Virus record (IMG/VR): IMGVR_UViG_3300037047_000010
Location: 1-29,132 of that record
Direction: 5' to 3' (one strand)
Origin: a virus
Taxonomy: Duplodnaviria > Caudoviricetes
DNA length: 29,132 nt
The position numbers and the translations under genes were made by a program. Positions 6,067 through 15,051 of this stretch are shown here, one piece after another. Position 1 is the first letter of the stretch. Each line of letters begins with the position of its first letter. Below the pieces are notes generated by a model. The model was not told where the DNA came from. It saw only the letters and a list, made by a program, of their open reading frames with translations, and did no database searches.

Positions 6067-7324
6067 GCCGCAGTTCGAGTTCATCAGCCACCCTAAGAAG
6101 TTCTCAGCATTCGTTGGTGGCTACCGGAGCGGCAAGACCTTCGTAGGCTGCGTGCGGCTGTGTATCAACGCACTGGAGCACCCCGGCATACCGCAGGGCT
6201 ACTTCGCGCCGACCTATCCGCAGATCGCGGACATCTTTTACGACACGATACCGGGCGTGGCTGAAGCGTTCGGCCTGTTCGCCGACATCGTGCCGAGCAA
6301 CAAGCGGGTGCATCTGCGCGACCAGAAAGGCCGCTGCCTGTCGACCATCGTCTGCAAGAGCATGGAGCACCCGCACCGCATCGTCGGTTTCAACATCGCT
6401 CATGCCTTGGTCGACGAGATCGACTGTATGCCGATCAAGAAGGCCGACAGCGCGTGGAAGAAGATCATCGCCCGCATGTCGACGGTCTGGCCTGGCCGCG
6501 ACGAGAACACGATTGACGTAACCACGACACCCGAGGGCTTCAACTGGGTCTATCGCAAGTTCGTCAAGGAGCTGGCAGCCAATCCAAGCCAGCGCCCGCT
6601 GTACGGCATCGTTCACGCCAGCACACGGCAGAACGCGAAGAACCTGCCGAAGGACTACATACCCTCGCTGCGTGAGTCGTACCCGGCGAATCTGGTCGAC
6701 GCCTACATTGACGGCCAGTTCGTCAACCTCGTCAGCGGGTCGGTCTACCCGAACTTCTGCAGGCGACTGAATCACACCGACGAGACGATTCGTCCGGGTG
6801 AAGAGCTGCATATCGGGATGGACTTCAATATCAACCGGATGGCGGCCTGCGTGTTCGTTATCCGTGGCGGCGAGCCGATGATGCTCGATGAGCTGACCAG
6901 TCTATTCGACACGCCCGCGATGATTGAGGCGCTGGAAACCCGATACCAGGGTAAGCACAAGATCACCGTATACCCCGACGCCAGCGGCAAGAACCGCAAG
7001 AGCGTCAACGGCAGCGAGTCGGATCACAGCTTGCTCAAGCAGGCCGGCTTCACGGTACGCGTCAACCCGGCCAACCCGATGGTTCGTGACCGTGTGCTGG
7101 CCGTCAACGCAATGCTCCTGAATGGCGAGGGCGTGCGGCGGCTGAAGATCAACACCGACAAATGCCCGGTCACCACTCAGGTGCTCGAGCAGCAGGCCTA
7201 CAACGAACAAGGCGAGCCCAACAAGGACGGCACGGAAGACCCTGCCGACGCCTTCGGCTACTTCGTCGTTCACCGCTTCCCGATCATCAAGCGCGTCACC
7301 TCAACCCAATCGCTACGGATGTAA
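6041..7324 (+). CDS. Terminase large subunit
   Basis: Walker A GGYRSGKT, Walker B ALVDE, TTTPEG coupling motif, RNase H-like IGMDFN and DPADAFGY. Confidence 0.95.
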   Translation: MQATLKLNKPQFEFISHPKKFSAFVGGYRSGKTFVGCVRLCINALEHPGIPQGYFAPTYPQIADIFYDTIPGVAEAFGLFADIVPSNKRVHLRDQKGRCLSTIVCKSMEHPHRIVGFNIAHALVDEIDCMPIKKADSAWKKIIARMSTVWPGRDENTIDVTTTPEGFNWVYRKFVKELAANPSQRPLYGIVHASTRQNAKNLPKDYIPSLRESYPANLVDAYIDGQFVNLVSGSVYPNFCRRLNHTDETIRPGEELHIGMDFNINRMAACVFVIRGGEPMMLDELTSLFDTPAMIEALETRYQGKHKITVYPDASGKNRKSVNGSESDHSLLKQAGFTVRVNPANPMVRDRVLAVNAMLLNGEGVRRLKINTDKCPVTTQVLEQQAYNEQGEPNKDGTEDPADAFGYFVVHRFPIIKRVTSTQSLRM

Positions 7325-7329
7325 CCCGA

Positions 7330-8676
7330 ATGAGCAACGATCCCAGTCAGACCATCCCGGCAGTAGACGCCATGCGTGCCGACTGGCAGATCGTGGCCCC
7401 ACTGATGGGCGGCACCTCCGCGATGCGCGCCGCAGGCAAGGCCCTGCTGCCGCAGTACCCGGCCGAAGAAGACGATGCCTATATGGCCCGCCTGCGCCTC
7501 TCGACGCTGCTGCCGGCCTACGCCGAGACAGTCAGCAACATGACCGCGCGCGTGTTTGCCGAGCCCCTACAGATTGGCGACGACGTGCCGGAGGCGATTG
7601 CCGCCCTGTGCGATGACGTGGATCAGAGCGGCAACAGCCTGGCGTCGTGGGCGGTCGAGTTTTTCCGCACTGCGCTGAGTCATGGCCTGTGCCACGCGCT
7701 GATCGACTACCCGCAGGCCGGCGAGCTACAGACGGCGGCTGACGAGATGGCTGCAGGGGTTCGCCCGTATGCGGTGCTGATTCACCCGGAGCGCGTGCTG
7801 GGCTGGCGCGTCGAGGGTGGCCGGCTGGCTCAGCTCCGATTCAGTGAGTCGGTCGAGGTGCCAGATGGCGCCTACGGCGTCGAGATCATCGAGCAGATCC
7901 GCGTGCTTGAGCCGGGCCTGTGGCGCCTCTACCGCAAGACTGGTGGCAGCTGGTCGCTGTATGACGAGGGGCGCAACACGCTGGACTATATCCCGCTGAT
8001 CACCTACTACACCGGCCGCACTGGATTCCTGACGGCGCGCCCTCCGCTGATCGAGCTGGCGTATCTCAACGTCAAGCACTGGCAGAGCCAGTCTGACCAA
8101 GACAACCTGCTGCACGTCGCACGCGTGCCGCTGCTGTTCATGTTCACCGATGACGAGCAGTTCAGCCTGACAATCAGCGCCGGCTCGGCTACCCGCATGC
8201 CGAAAGACGGCGATGCGCGCTACGTCGAGCACACCGGGGCCGCGATCACCGCAGGCCGCGAGTCGCTGCAAGACCTGATCGACGACATGCGGATGGCTGG
8301 GGCCAAGCTGCTGCAGCGCGACAAGCAGCAGACCAAGACCGCCGCCCAGGCCAACGAGGAGGCCGCGCAAGAACTGTCCCCACTGGCCCGGATGGCAAGC
8401 CAGTTCGCTGACTGCATCGCGCAACTGCTGCAAATCTTCGCCGACTACAGCGGCCTGCCCGAGGGTGGCGCCGTCGAGATGCGCGGGAATTTTGACGCCG
8501 ACTACATGCCCGAGGCGACCTTGCCGCTGCTACTCAACATGGCAAACGCCGGGAAACTGTCGGACGAGACCCTGTTCTCTGAGATGCAGCGGCGCGGCGT
8601 GATCAGTGACGAATACGACTGGCAGGGCGAGCAAGAGCGCATCGGCGCACAAGGGCCTGCGCTTGGGGTGATCTGA
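7330..8676 (+). CDS. Portal protein (DUF4055 family)
   Basis: Follows TerL; LMGGT.AMRAAG..LP..P.E....Y..RL and PPLIELAYLNVKHWQSQSD motifs. ATG 7330 preferred over 7162. Confidence 0.9.
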   Translation: MSNDPSQTIPAVDAMRADWQIVAPLMGGTSAMRAAGKALLPQYPAEEDDAYMARLRLSTLLPAYAETVSNMTARVFAEPLQIGDDVPEAIAALCDDVDQSGNSLASWAVEFFRTALSHGLCHALIDYPQAGELQTAADEMAAGVRPYAVLIHPERVLGWRVEGGRLAQLRFSESVEVPDGAYGVEIIEQIRVLEPGLWRLYRKTGGSWSLYDEGRNTLDYIPLITYYTGRTGFLTARPPLIELAYLNVKHWQSQSDQDNLLHVARVPLLFMFTDDEQFSLTISAGSATRMPKDGDARYVEHTGAAITAGRESLQDLIDDMRMAGAKLLQRDKQQTKTAAQANEEAAQELSPLARMASQFADCIAQLLQIFADYSGLPEGGAVEMRGNFDADYMPEATLPLLLNMANAGKLSDETLFSEMQRRGVISDEYDWQGEQERIGAQGPALGVI

Positions 8677-9791
8677 TGGCGACCGTCAACGAGCTGCTGT
8701 TCGACGAACTGACAGGCCACACGGTCGACTTGCAAGAGTATTCCGCAGGCGTCGTGCGCCGGATGATCGCGCTGCTCAATCGCGTCGATGCGGACCTGTC
8801 CGCCGAACTGGCCGCGGCCCTTGAGCGACTGCCGGCTGATTCCTTCACCGTCGAGCGCCTAGAGCGCCTGCTGGGCTCTGTGCGCGAACTGAATGCTTCG
8901 GCCTATGCCGAGGTCTTCGGCGCACTGGAGGGCGAGCTGCAAGCCTTCGCAGGCTATGAGGCGGGCTATCAGGCCAGTCTCTACGCGCAGACCCTTCCGG
9001 CAGTGGTGCAGGTGCGATTCCCGATTGCCACCGTCGCACCGGCTCAGGTCTACGCGGCGGCGATGGCGAGGCCCTTCCAAGGGCGGCTGCTGCGCGATTG
9101 GGCCAGCCAAGTCGAAGCCGGGCGCATGACGAAGATTCGCGACGCCATCCGCATCGGCTACGTCGAGGGCAAGACTGCATCAGAGATCGTTCGCGGCATT
9201 CGTGGCACGCGGGCTGCTGGCTACGCTGACGGCCTGCTACAGCGGCCACGTCGCGACCTGATGGCGGTTGTGCAAACGGCTGTCGGGCACACGGCATCGG
9301 TTGCTCGTGACCACTTCATTGATTCGAACCGCGACCTAATCAAGGCCGAGGTCTGGCGCAGCACGCTCGACACCAAAACATCCGAGCCATGTCGAATCCG
9401 TGACGGGCTCAAGTACGAGGCCGGCACACATAAGCCGGTCGGTCACAAGGTCAACTGGCTGCAAGGCCCCGGCCGCATCCACTGGAATTGCCGCTCCACC
9501 TCAACGCCCGTGACGAAAAGCTGGCGTGAGCTGGGCATTCCGATTGACGAGATCAGCCCGAGTGACCGCGCAAGCATGGATGGGCAGGTTCCCGCCGAAA
9601 CCACCTTCGCCTCCTGGCTGCAACGCCAATCGCCCGCGAGACAGGATCAGGTGCTAGGCCCGGAACGCGGCAGACTGATACGCGAAGGCGGCTTGAAGCT
9701 GCCGGATCTGTACAGCCCGAATGGCCGCTATCTGACGCTTGAGCAACTGCGCGAGCGCGATGCCGCTGCGTTCGCTAAACTGGCTGCATGA
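8676..9791 (+). CDS. Minor head protein (SPP1 gp7 / Mu F-like)
   Basis: WRSTLDTKTSEPC..RDG and HWNCRS motifs; located after the portal. Confidence 0.85.
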   Translation: MATVNELLFDELTGHTVDLQEYSAGVVRRMIALLNRVDADLSAELAAALERLPADSFTVERLERLLGSVRELNASAYAEVFGALEGELQAFAGYEAGYQASLYAQTLPAVVQVRFPIATVAPAQVYAAAMARPFQGRLLRDWASQVEAGRMTKIRDAIRIGYVEGKTASEIVRGIRGTRAAGYADGLLQRPRRDLMAVVQTAVGHTASVARDHFIDSNRDLIKAEVWRSTLDTKTSEPCRIRDGLKYEAGTHKPVGHKVNWLQGPGRIHWNCRSTSTPVTKSWRELGIPIDEISPSDRASMDGQVPAETTFASWLQRQSPARQDQVLGPERGRLIREGGLKLPDLYSPNGRYLTLEQLRERDAAAFAKLAA

Positions 9792-10015
9792 CCGAGCGCC
9801 GATTTCACGTTATCCAAGGCACGCCAGCGCCGCAGACCGAAGCGGAGCAGGTGCGCGAGCGCGTGCGCAAGATGCCCAAGCCGCAGGCCATGCCGCAGTG
9901 CCACCGATGCGGAGGGCGTGAGTACATCGAAACGAAGATCGGCGCCGGAAAGGGCGCGACCAAGCAGCGCGTGTGCTTCGTGTGCGCGATGAAGGGCGAG
10001 AGGGTAGTGATGTGA
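9788..10015 (+). CDS. Small Zn-ribbon protein
   Basis: CHRCGG..CFVC; ATGA-coupled. Confidence 0.7.
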   Translation: MTERRFHVIQGTPAPQTEAEQVRERVRKMPKPQAMPQCHRCGGREYIETKIGAGKGATKQRVCFVCAMKGERVVM

Positions 10016-10230
10016 GTATCGAAAAGACGATTACCGATTACCGCGATATCAAGGAGGCCATGCAGGCGATCATAAATCGCCACATGCAGGCAGCCTTTGC
10101 CGAGATCAAAGCAGAGTTTGGTGATGCGCCGACGCGTGTGTACGTGAGCGTCCAGGCGCATCAAAACCTGGAAATGCGCTACCCGACAGGAGTCTATGCC
10201 GGCTGCGAAGTGGAGCTTGCCGGCGATTAG
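10012..10230 (+). CDS. Hypothetical 72-aa protein
   Basis: GTGA overlap with the upstream stop, GAGGG upstream, followed by a terminator. Confidence 0.6.
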   Translation: MSIEKTITDYRDIKEAMQAIINRHMQAAFAEIKAEFGDAPTRVYVSVQAHQNLEMRYPTGVYAGCEVELAGD

Positions 10231-10252
10231 CCCTCAACCAAGATTCAAACCG

Positions 10253-10277
10253 AACCCGCCTAGTGCGGGTTTTTTAT
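10253..10277 (+). terminator. Intrinsic terminator (IS target site)
   Basis: AACCCGC-CTAGT-GCGGGTTTTTTAT. Confidence 0.85.
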
Positions 10278-10344
10278 GGGTATTCGGGAAAGGGTGTTGT
10301 TCGGCCCTTTCTGAATACCCTAGGTGAGGTGGTTGGTTGTGTTG

Positions 10345-11685
10345 TTAGCCTTCCTCTTGGAAAGCTCCTGTTTCTGGTTCTGAATACAGCTGCAGGATGC
10401 TGAAAATCGGAACGCCGTAATCCACCAGCTCGTCCTCGATGGGCTCGACCGCCATGATTTCCCTGGCCAGGAACGGCGCTAGCCGCTTGGTTTCTGGCGG
10501 CTTCACTTTGTGCTCCAGGGTGAACATGATCTTGGCGCGGAACATCTCGAAGCTCAGGCCTCGTGCGTTACGGTTTACGTCGCGCAAGTAGCGGTTGATC
10601 GACTCGGTTAGCGCGTTGGTGTACCGCTGAGGGATGAATTTGAAGTAGTTAAAAATGTACTCGCCCCAGTTGGCCATCATGGTCGTGACGACCTTCCAGT
10701 CCTTCTCCTGCTCAGCGGGGATGCGCTGCCGCCAATCGTCATAGGCTTGCCTAGCTGCATGGTGAGTCTTGCTATTCCAGATGTTGTAGAAGCCTTCCTT
10801 GAGGTTGTAGGCGGTGCCTAGCTCGGGAAACTGATCGAACCACGTCTTGATTTTCAGGTGCGCCCAAACGTCCAGGTCACGCCGGCGCATCAGCATTAGC
10901 TTGCGGTCGCCTTTCAGGGTGCGCTTCTGGGGAGCGGTAAGACCTCGCTTGATTCGCTTGCGTATCTGGTCCATCGCATCGTTGGCGTACCGAACAACGT
11001 GGAACTTATCGACGATGACTGTGGCGTTAGGGAACAGCTCTAGCGAGACGTCTTTGTATGGGTGGAACATGTCTTGGCAGACGATCTGGACCCTATCCCG
11101 TCCGCGCATGCTGGAGATGTAGTTATGGATCACGATCTTCTTGCGGTTGGGCAGAACGTCGATGATCGTCGTTTCTTCCAGGTTGATCAGGACGCACCGG
11201 TACTCGCCGCCGACAAGTAGTTCGTCAATGCCTAGAACGCGCGGCAGCATGGGCCTGTAGCCCGCCTCTTGCTCGGCGCAGTAGTCACGCAAAGCCCGAC
11301 GCACCACCGATTCATCCACGCCAAGGTCACGGGCTACCGCTGAGTTCGTGCTGGTCATGGCGTGCTTGATGACGTAGGCATGGCAGCGCTTCGTCATGCG
11401 GTGCTTCTCGTCGAAGTCCAGCAGGGCCGGCGAGAAGACCTTGCTGCAGGTCTTGCACTTGTAGCGGCGTCGCATGCCCCATAGCACCGTGCGCTTTCCC
11501 CTGATGGGAAGGTCAACGTACTTGGTCAGCTTCTTGGAAAAGCGAATCGACTGGCCAATAGCGCCGCAGGCGGTGCAGAACTCGGGGACCGGAAACTCAA
11601 CCTTAAATTGCAGATCGTGGTCATCCTCTAGGAACTCCACGATCTGCAAGCTAAGCGGGTGAAGCAGCGACAGGGGTTCAGTCAC
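10345..11685 (-). CDS. tnpA: ISL3-family transposase
   Basis: Zn finger CTACG..RRYKCKTC, LGIDE, CQDM, DKFHVV and TNALTESIN DDE motifs. GTG start at 11685 with AAGGAG RBS, overlapping the upstream stop. Confidence 0.92.
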   Translation of the reverse strand: MTEPLSLLHPLSLQIVEFLEDDHDLQFKVEFPVPEFCTACGAIGQSIRFSKKLTKYVDLPIRGKRTVLWGMRRRYKCKTCSKVFSPALLDFDEKHRMTKRCHAYVIKHAMTSTNSAVARDLGVDESVVRRALRDYCAEQEAGYRPMLPRVLGIDELLVGGEYRCVLINLEETTIIDVLPNRKKIVIHNYISSMRGRDRVQIVCQDMFHPYKDVSLELFPNATVIVDKFHVVRYANDAMDQIRKRIKRGLTAPQKRTLKGDRKLMLMRRRDLDVWAHLKIKTWFDQFPELGTAYNLKEGFYNIWNSKTHHAARQAYDDWRQRIPAEQEKDWKVVTTMMANWGEYIFNYFKFIPQRYTNALTESINRYLRDVNRNARGLSFEMFRAKIMFTLEHKVKPPETKRLAPFLAREIMAVEPIEDELVDYGVPIFSILQLYSEPETGAFQEEG

Positions 11686-12277
11686 CAGCTGCTCCTTCTG
11701 CGCACAAATCACCACCATGCGCGGGCTGCAAGCCGTGCCAAGCATTCCAAGCATTTAGGTCGTCCCGGTAAATCAGCGCCGTCTCGCTTCCTAGCTCCCA
11801 ATCGACCGGGCCCTGCCCTCCAGGGAAACGAAAACTAACGTTCCGCCGTGTCTCGTGGCCGCTGGCATAGGTGACAACGGCGCCGGGGTACTTGGCCTGC
11901 ACTGCGTCAATCAGCTCCTGCTTGCGGGCTGCCTCGGCTTTGCGGTCTTCGACTTCAGCGTCGTGGCACGCTTCGCAGCAGAAGACAAGGTTCAGAGCGA
12001 ATACCGGCGACTCCGTGTAGCTATCCACGCTATCGCCGCATGTGGCGCACTCGTACCGCCATCCATTCGCAATGAATGCAGGCTCCGGGATGACCCTATC
12101 TTCTGCATACAGATCAGCCCAAGGCAGTCGTTTGCACGACACGTACCCGAAGTCGGTTCCAATCGTGTCAGCGCCTTGCCGACGAGCGGCCACATTGGTC
12201 GTAGCGAACTGGACAGTCGCTTCCTCGGGGTCGTCTGTCTCGACGATGTAGGCTTTTACTCGCTTTTGAATCTCCAT
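11678..12277 (-). CDS. IS passenger gene: phage-like hypothetical protein with CxxC..CCxxC Zn site
   Basis: AGGAGAGG RBS, ATG 12277, ECATCG..FCCEAC; translationally coupled to the transposase. Confidence 0.75.
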   Translation of the reverse strand: MEIQKRVKAYIVETDDPEEATVQFATTNVAARRQGADTIGTDFGYVSCKRLPWADLYAEDRVIPEPAFIANGWRYECATCGDSVDSYTESPVFALNLVFCCEACHDAEVEDRKAEAARKQELIDAVQAKYPGAVVTYASGHETRRNVSFRFPGGQGPVDWELGSETALIYRDDLNAWNAWHGLQPAHGGDLCAEGAAGD

Positions 12278-12296
12278 GAACGCCTCTCCTGCTGTC

Positions 12297-12336
12297 AATG
12301 AGCGCTCATTATAACAACACTTAAAGCCGAAGCTAA
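12297..12336 (-). promoter_or_regulatory. IS promoter (extended -10) with overlapping palindrome
   Basis: Minus strand TGtTATAAT (TATAAT at 12313-12308) overlapped by the perfect palindrome AATGAGCGCTCATT (12297-12310). Confidence 0.65.
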
Positions 12337-12443
12337 TACCAATATGCTTTAAGGCGGCGCTTTGCCTGAAACAACACGTAAAACCGATAACCCTTTTTTA
12401 TTGCCTGCTGGTTTGTGACCAGCCCCATACGCCCGGAGGGCAC

Positions 12444-13094
12444 ATGGCCAAGTTGATCCTGCAAGACGGTACAGAAGTAGAGGCGTTCACCGCCGACGAA
12501 GTGAAGGCAGCAGTCGAGAAAGAGACGGGCGGCCTGAAGGCGAAAGTCGAAGAGCTGCTCGGCGAATCCAAGTCCGCCAAGCAGAAGGCCCGCGAACTCG
12601 AAGACGAGAAGACGCGCGCCGAGGAAGACCGCCAGCGCGAGAAGGGCGAATTCAAGTCGCTGTATGAGCGCGAGCAGAAGGCCAAGCAAGAGCTGGCCGA
12701 CAAGTTCGCCGAGTTCCAATCCAAGATCCAGCGCCAGGAGATCAGCCTGGAGGCACAGCGCCTCGCAGGGCAGCTATCCAAGGATCGCGACCGCAGCGAA
12801 CTGCTGGCCGAGAAGGTCGCGCAACTGGCCAAGCACACAGACAACGGCGTCCGCTTCGAGCTGGGCGGCGTAGAGGTCGAGCACGAAAAGGTGCTGGCCC
12901 ATCTCAAGAGCAAGTATCCCTTTCTGGTTGACGCCAGTGGGGTAACAGGGGGCGGGGCTCCCAGCAATCAACCGAGCGGCGGGGCCGTCAAGAAATTCAA
13001 CGAATACACAGGCGCAGAGCTGTCGGCCATCCGCAAGAGCGACCCGACGCTGTATGACCGCCTGAAAACTGACTATTACGGCACCGGAGAATAA
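12444..13094 (+). CDS. Capsid scaffolding protein
   Basis: Charged coiled coil, GLKAK..ELL.E.K, YPFLV..SG..GGGA; directly upstream of the capsid gene; GGAGG RBS. Confidence 0.8.
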   Translation: MAKLILQDGTEVEAFTADEVKAAVEKETGGLKAKVEELLGESKSAKQKARELEDEKTRAEEDRQREKGEFKSLYEREQKAKQELADKFAEFQSKIQRQEISLEAQRLAGQLSKDRDRSELLAEKVAQLAKHTDNGVRFELGGVEVEHEKVLAHLKSKYPFLVDASGVTGGGAPSNQPSGGAVKKFNEYTGAELSAIRKSDPTLYDRLKTDYYGTGE

Positions 13095-13099
13095 CCCCC

Positions 13100-14110
13100 A
13101 TGGCCACTGTTCAACTGTCTGACATCATCGACGTTAAGGTTTTCCAAGACCTGCCCGCCGTCAACTCCCCTGAGAAATCCGCCTTCTTCGAGTCGGGCGT
13201 CGTCACCCGCAATGCCCTGCTCGACAATATCGCCACCGCAGCCGGCAAGACCGCAGAGCTGCCGTTCTGGAAGGACATCGACGCTACCGTGGCGCCGAAC
13301 CTGTCCACTGACAACCCCGCGACGCTGGCTACCCCGGACAAGATCGTCCAGGGCGAGCAGATCGCGCGCAAGGCGTTCCTCAACAAGGGCCTGTCTGCTG
13401 CTGACCTGGCCTCCGAGCTGGCCATGGGCAGCCGCGCAATGGATCAGATCCGCGCTCGCGTCGACGCTTACTGGCTGCGTCAGTGGCAGCGCCGCCTGAT
13501 CGCCTCCTGCAACGGCGTGCTGGCCGATAACGTCGCCAACAACAGCGGCGATATGGTCATCAACGTGGCGGCCGAAGCGACCGGCTCGCAGACCGCGACC
13601 ACCAAGTTCAACCGCGACACCTTCACCGATGCCGTCTACACCATGGGCGATGCGGCCGACGCCCTGCGCGCCATCGCGGTCCATAGCTCTGTGATGAAGC
13701 AGATGGTGAAGAACGACGACATCGTTTACATCCCGGACAGCCAAGGTCGCCTGACTATCCCGACCTACATGGGCCTGCGCGTGATCGTCGACGACGGCCT
13801 GCCGGTCGTGGCGGGCACCACCTCGGGCTTCAAGTACACGTCCGTGATCTTCGGCGAAGGCGCGTTCGGCTACGGCGACGGCGCCCCAGTCGTTCCGGTC
13901 GAGGTCCAGCGCGAAGCCAACCAGGGCAACGGCGCGGGCGTCGAAACCCTGTGGACCCGCAAGACCTGGATTCTGCACCCGTTCGGCTACCAGAACACTG
14001 GCACCCCGGCGAGCGTGTCGTTCTCCCTGTCCGAGCTGGCGGCGGACGCTGCGTGGTCCCGCGTGGTTGAGCGCAAGAACGTCCCGATCAGCTTCCTGAT
14101 CACCAACTGA
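13100..14110 (+). CDS. Major capsid protein
   Basis: 336 aa, strongly biased codons, AFFESGVV..LPFW..HPFGY..W.RV.ERKNVPI pattern, located after the scaffold gene. Confidence 0.9.
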   Translation: MATVQLSDIIDVKVFQDLPAVNSPEKSAFFESGVVTRNALLDNIATAAGKTAELPFWKDIDATVAPNLSTDNPATLATPDKIVQGEQIARKAFLNKGLSAADLASELAMGSRAMDQIRARVDAYWLRQWQRRLIASCNGVLADNVANNSGDMVINVAAEATGSQTATTKFNRDTFTDAVYTMGDAADALRAIAVHSSVMKQMVKNDDIVYIPDSQGRLTIPTYMGLRVIVDDGLPVVAGTTSGFKYTSVIFGEGAFGYGDGAPVVPVEVQREANQGNGAGVETLWTRKTWILHPFGYQNTGTPASVSFSLSELAADAAWSRVVERKNVPISFLITN

Positions 14111-14156
14111 TCGCGTGGCGGGGGCTTCGGCCCTCGCCTTGCCAGAGGAGTGACGC

Positions 14157-14285
14157 ATGAGTCAACGCAACGAAGACGGCCTGACCCCCGGTCAGCCGGT
14201 CGATTTCGCGACCCTGCAACGCATCGAGCAGGGCCGCAAGAAACAACCCGAGCCGCGCCCCCGCAAGCCCAAGCCCGAGGCATAA
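14157..14285 (+). CDS. 42-aa small head-associated protein (not in ORF track)
   Basis: GAGGAG RBS; MSQRNEDGLTPGQPVDFATLQRIEQGRKKQPEPRPRKPKPEA; fills the gap before 14289. Confidence 0.65.
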   Translation: MSQRNEDGLTPGQPVDFATLQRIEQGRKKQPEPRPRKPKPEA

Positions 14286-14288
14286 CCG

Positions 14289-14657
14289 ATGGACTACATC
14301 ACTGTCGCGCAAGTAGACGCGCTGCTCGGCGCTGGCTGGGCCGGTACGGGCGATCCCGCTCGCGCGGTGCTGATGGCTAACGCCTGGCTCTCTGCAAAGC
14401 CGCTGCCCTCATTCGATGAAGTGCCGGCAGCGGTAGTGCAGGCCGGCGCGGAGATCGCGCGAGAGGCGGCGGCGGGGGCGCTTTACGGCGCATCCGGGCG
14501 CGAAGTGCTGAGCGAGTCCGTGTCGGTCGATGGCGCTGTATCGAAAAGCACCGCCTATGCGGCCGGAAGTCGCGCCATCACGGCCGGCGAGGCGTTCGCA
14601 ATGGCACTGCTTCGGCCCTATCTCGGCGGCAATCAGATCCGACTGACCAGGGGGTGA
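14289..14657 (+). CDS. Head-tail adaptor (DnaT-like family)
   Basis: YITVA..D, VPAAV.QA..E.A, LLRPYL; synteny. Confidence 0.7.
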   Translation: MDYITVAQVDALLGAGWAGTGDPARAVLMANAWLSAKPLPSFDEVPAAVVQAGAEIAREAAAGALYGASGREVLSESVSVDGAVSKSTAYAAGSRAITAGEAFAMALLRPYLGGNQIRLTRG

Positions 14658-14658
14658 C

Positions 14659-15048
14659 ATGAGCGCCTTCTATGACGAGATGGCCGCACTGGCCGCCGAG
14701 ATGATCGGCGAATACGGGCAGGCGCTGACGATGAAGCGCGTCACCGCCGACAGTTACGACCCGATGACGGGCTCGACTGTGGCGGGCTCGACCGAGACGC
14801 AGAGCATCACGGCCTTAGTGCTGCCGGCGAGCAAGGGAACCGTCGAGGCTTTCGACAACAAGCTAGTCGGCGGAACGCTGATCGAATCGAACATTCGGGC
14901 GCTAAAGATCGCGGCGTCTGGCCTGCTGTGGCCCCCCGGTCCCGGCTGCGTCGTCGAGTACGAGGGGCAAGACTGGCAGATGCTCGGCGCCACGCCAGCA
15001 AGCCCGGCCGGCACGCCGCTGGTCTATGCCGCGTCGATCATGAGGTGA
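14659..15048 (+). CDS. Head closure / head-tail joining protein
   Basis: FYDEMA..A..MI.EYG, YDP.TG, PAGTPLVY; synteny. Confidence 0.7.
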   Translation: MSAFYDEMAALAAEMIGEYGQALTMKRVTADSYDPMTGSTVAGSTETQSITALVLPASKGTVEAFDNKLVGGTLIESNIRALKIAASGLLWPPGPGCVVEYEGQDWQMLGATPASPAGTPLVYAASIMR

Positions 15049-15051
15049 CGC

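Larger units (their letters stand above)
10278..12393 (-). mobile_element. ISL3-family insertion sequence with passenger gene (2116 bp)
   Basis: Imperfect terminal IRs GGGTATTCGGGAAAGGGTGTTGTT / GGGTTATCGGTTTTACGTGTTGTT. 8-bp direct repeat TTTTTTAT at 10270-10277 and 12394-12401. Encodes an ISL3 transposase. Confidence 0.9.

Noticed and set aside
7162-7329. N-terminal extensions in the ORF track (also 1201, 4164, 5049, 11754, 15986, 17851, 25186)
   Set aside because: They overlap upstream genes, terminators or non-coding leaders. Downstream starts have better RBS or stop-start coupling.
14118-14140. Terminator after the capsid gene
   Set aside because: The hairpin GGCGGGGGC-TTCG-GCCCTCGCC lacks a U tract; more likely an mRNA-stabilising stem.
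14150-14380. 76-aa ORF after the capsid gene
   Set aside because: Overlaps the adaptor gene and is Arg/Pro-rich noise; the 14157-14285 frame has the RBS and fits the gap.
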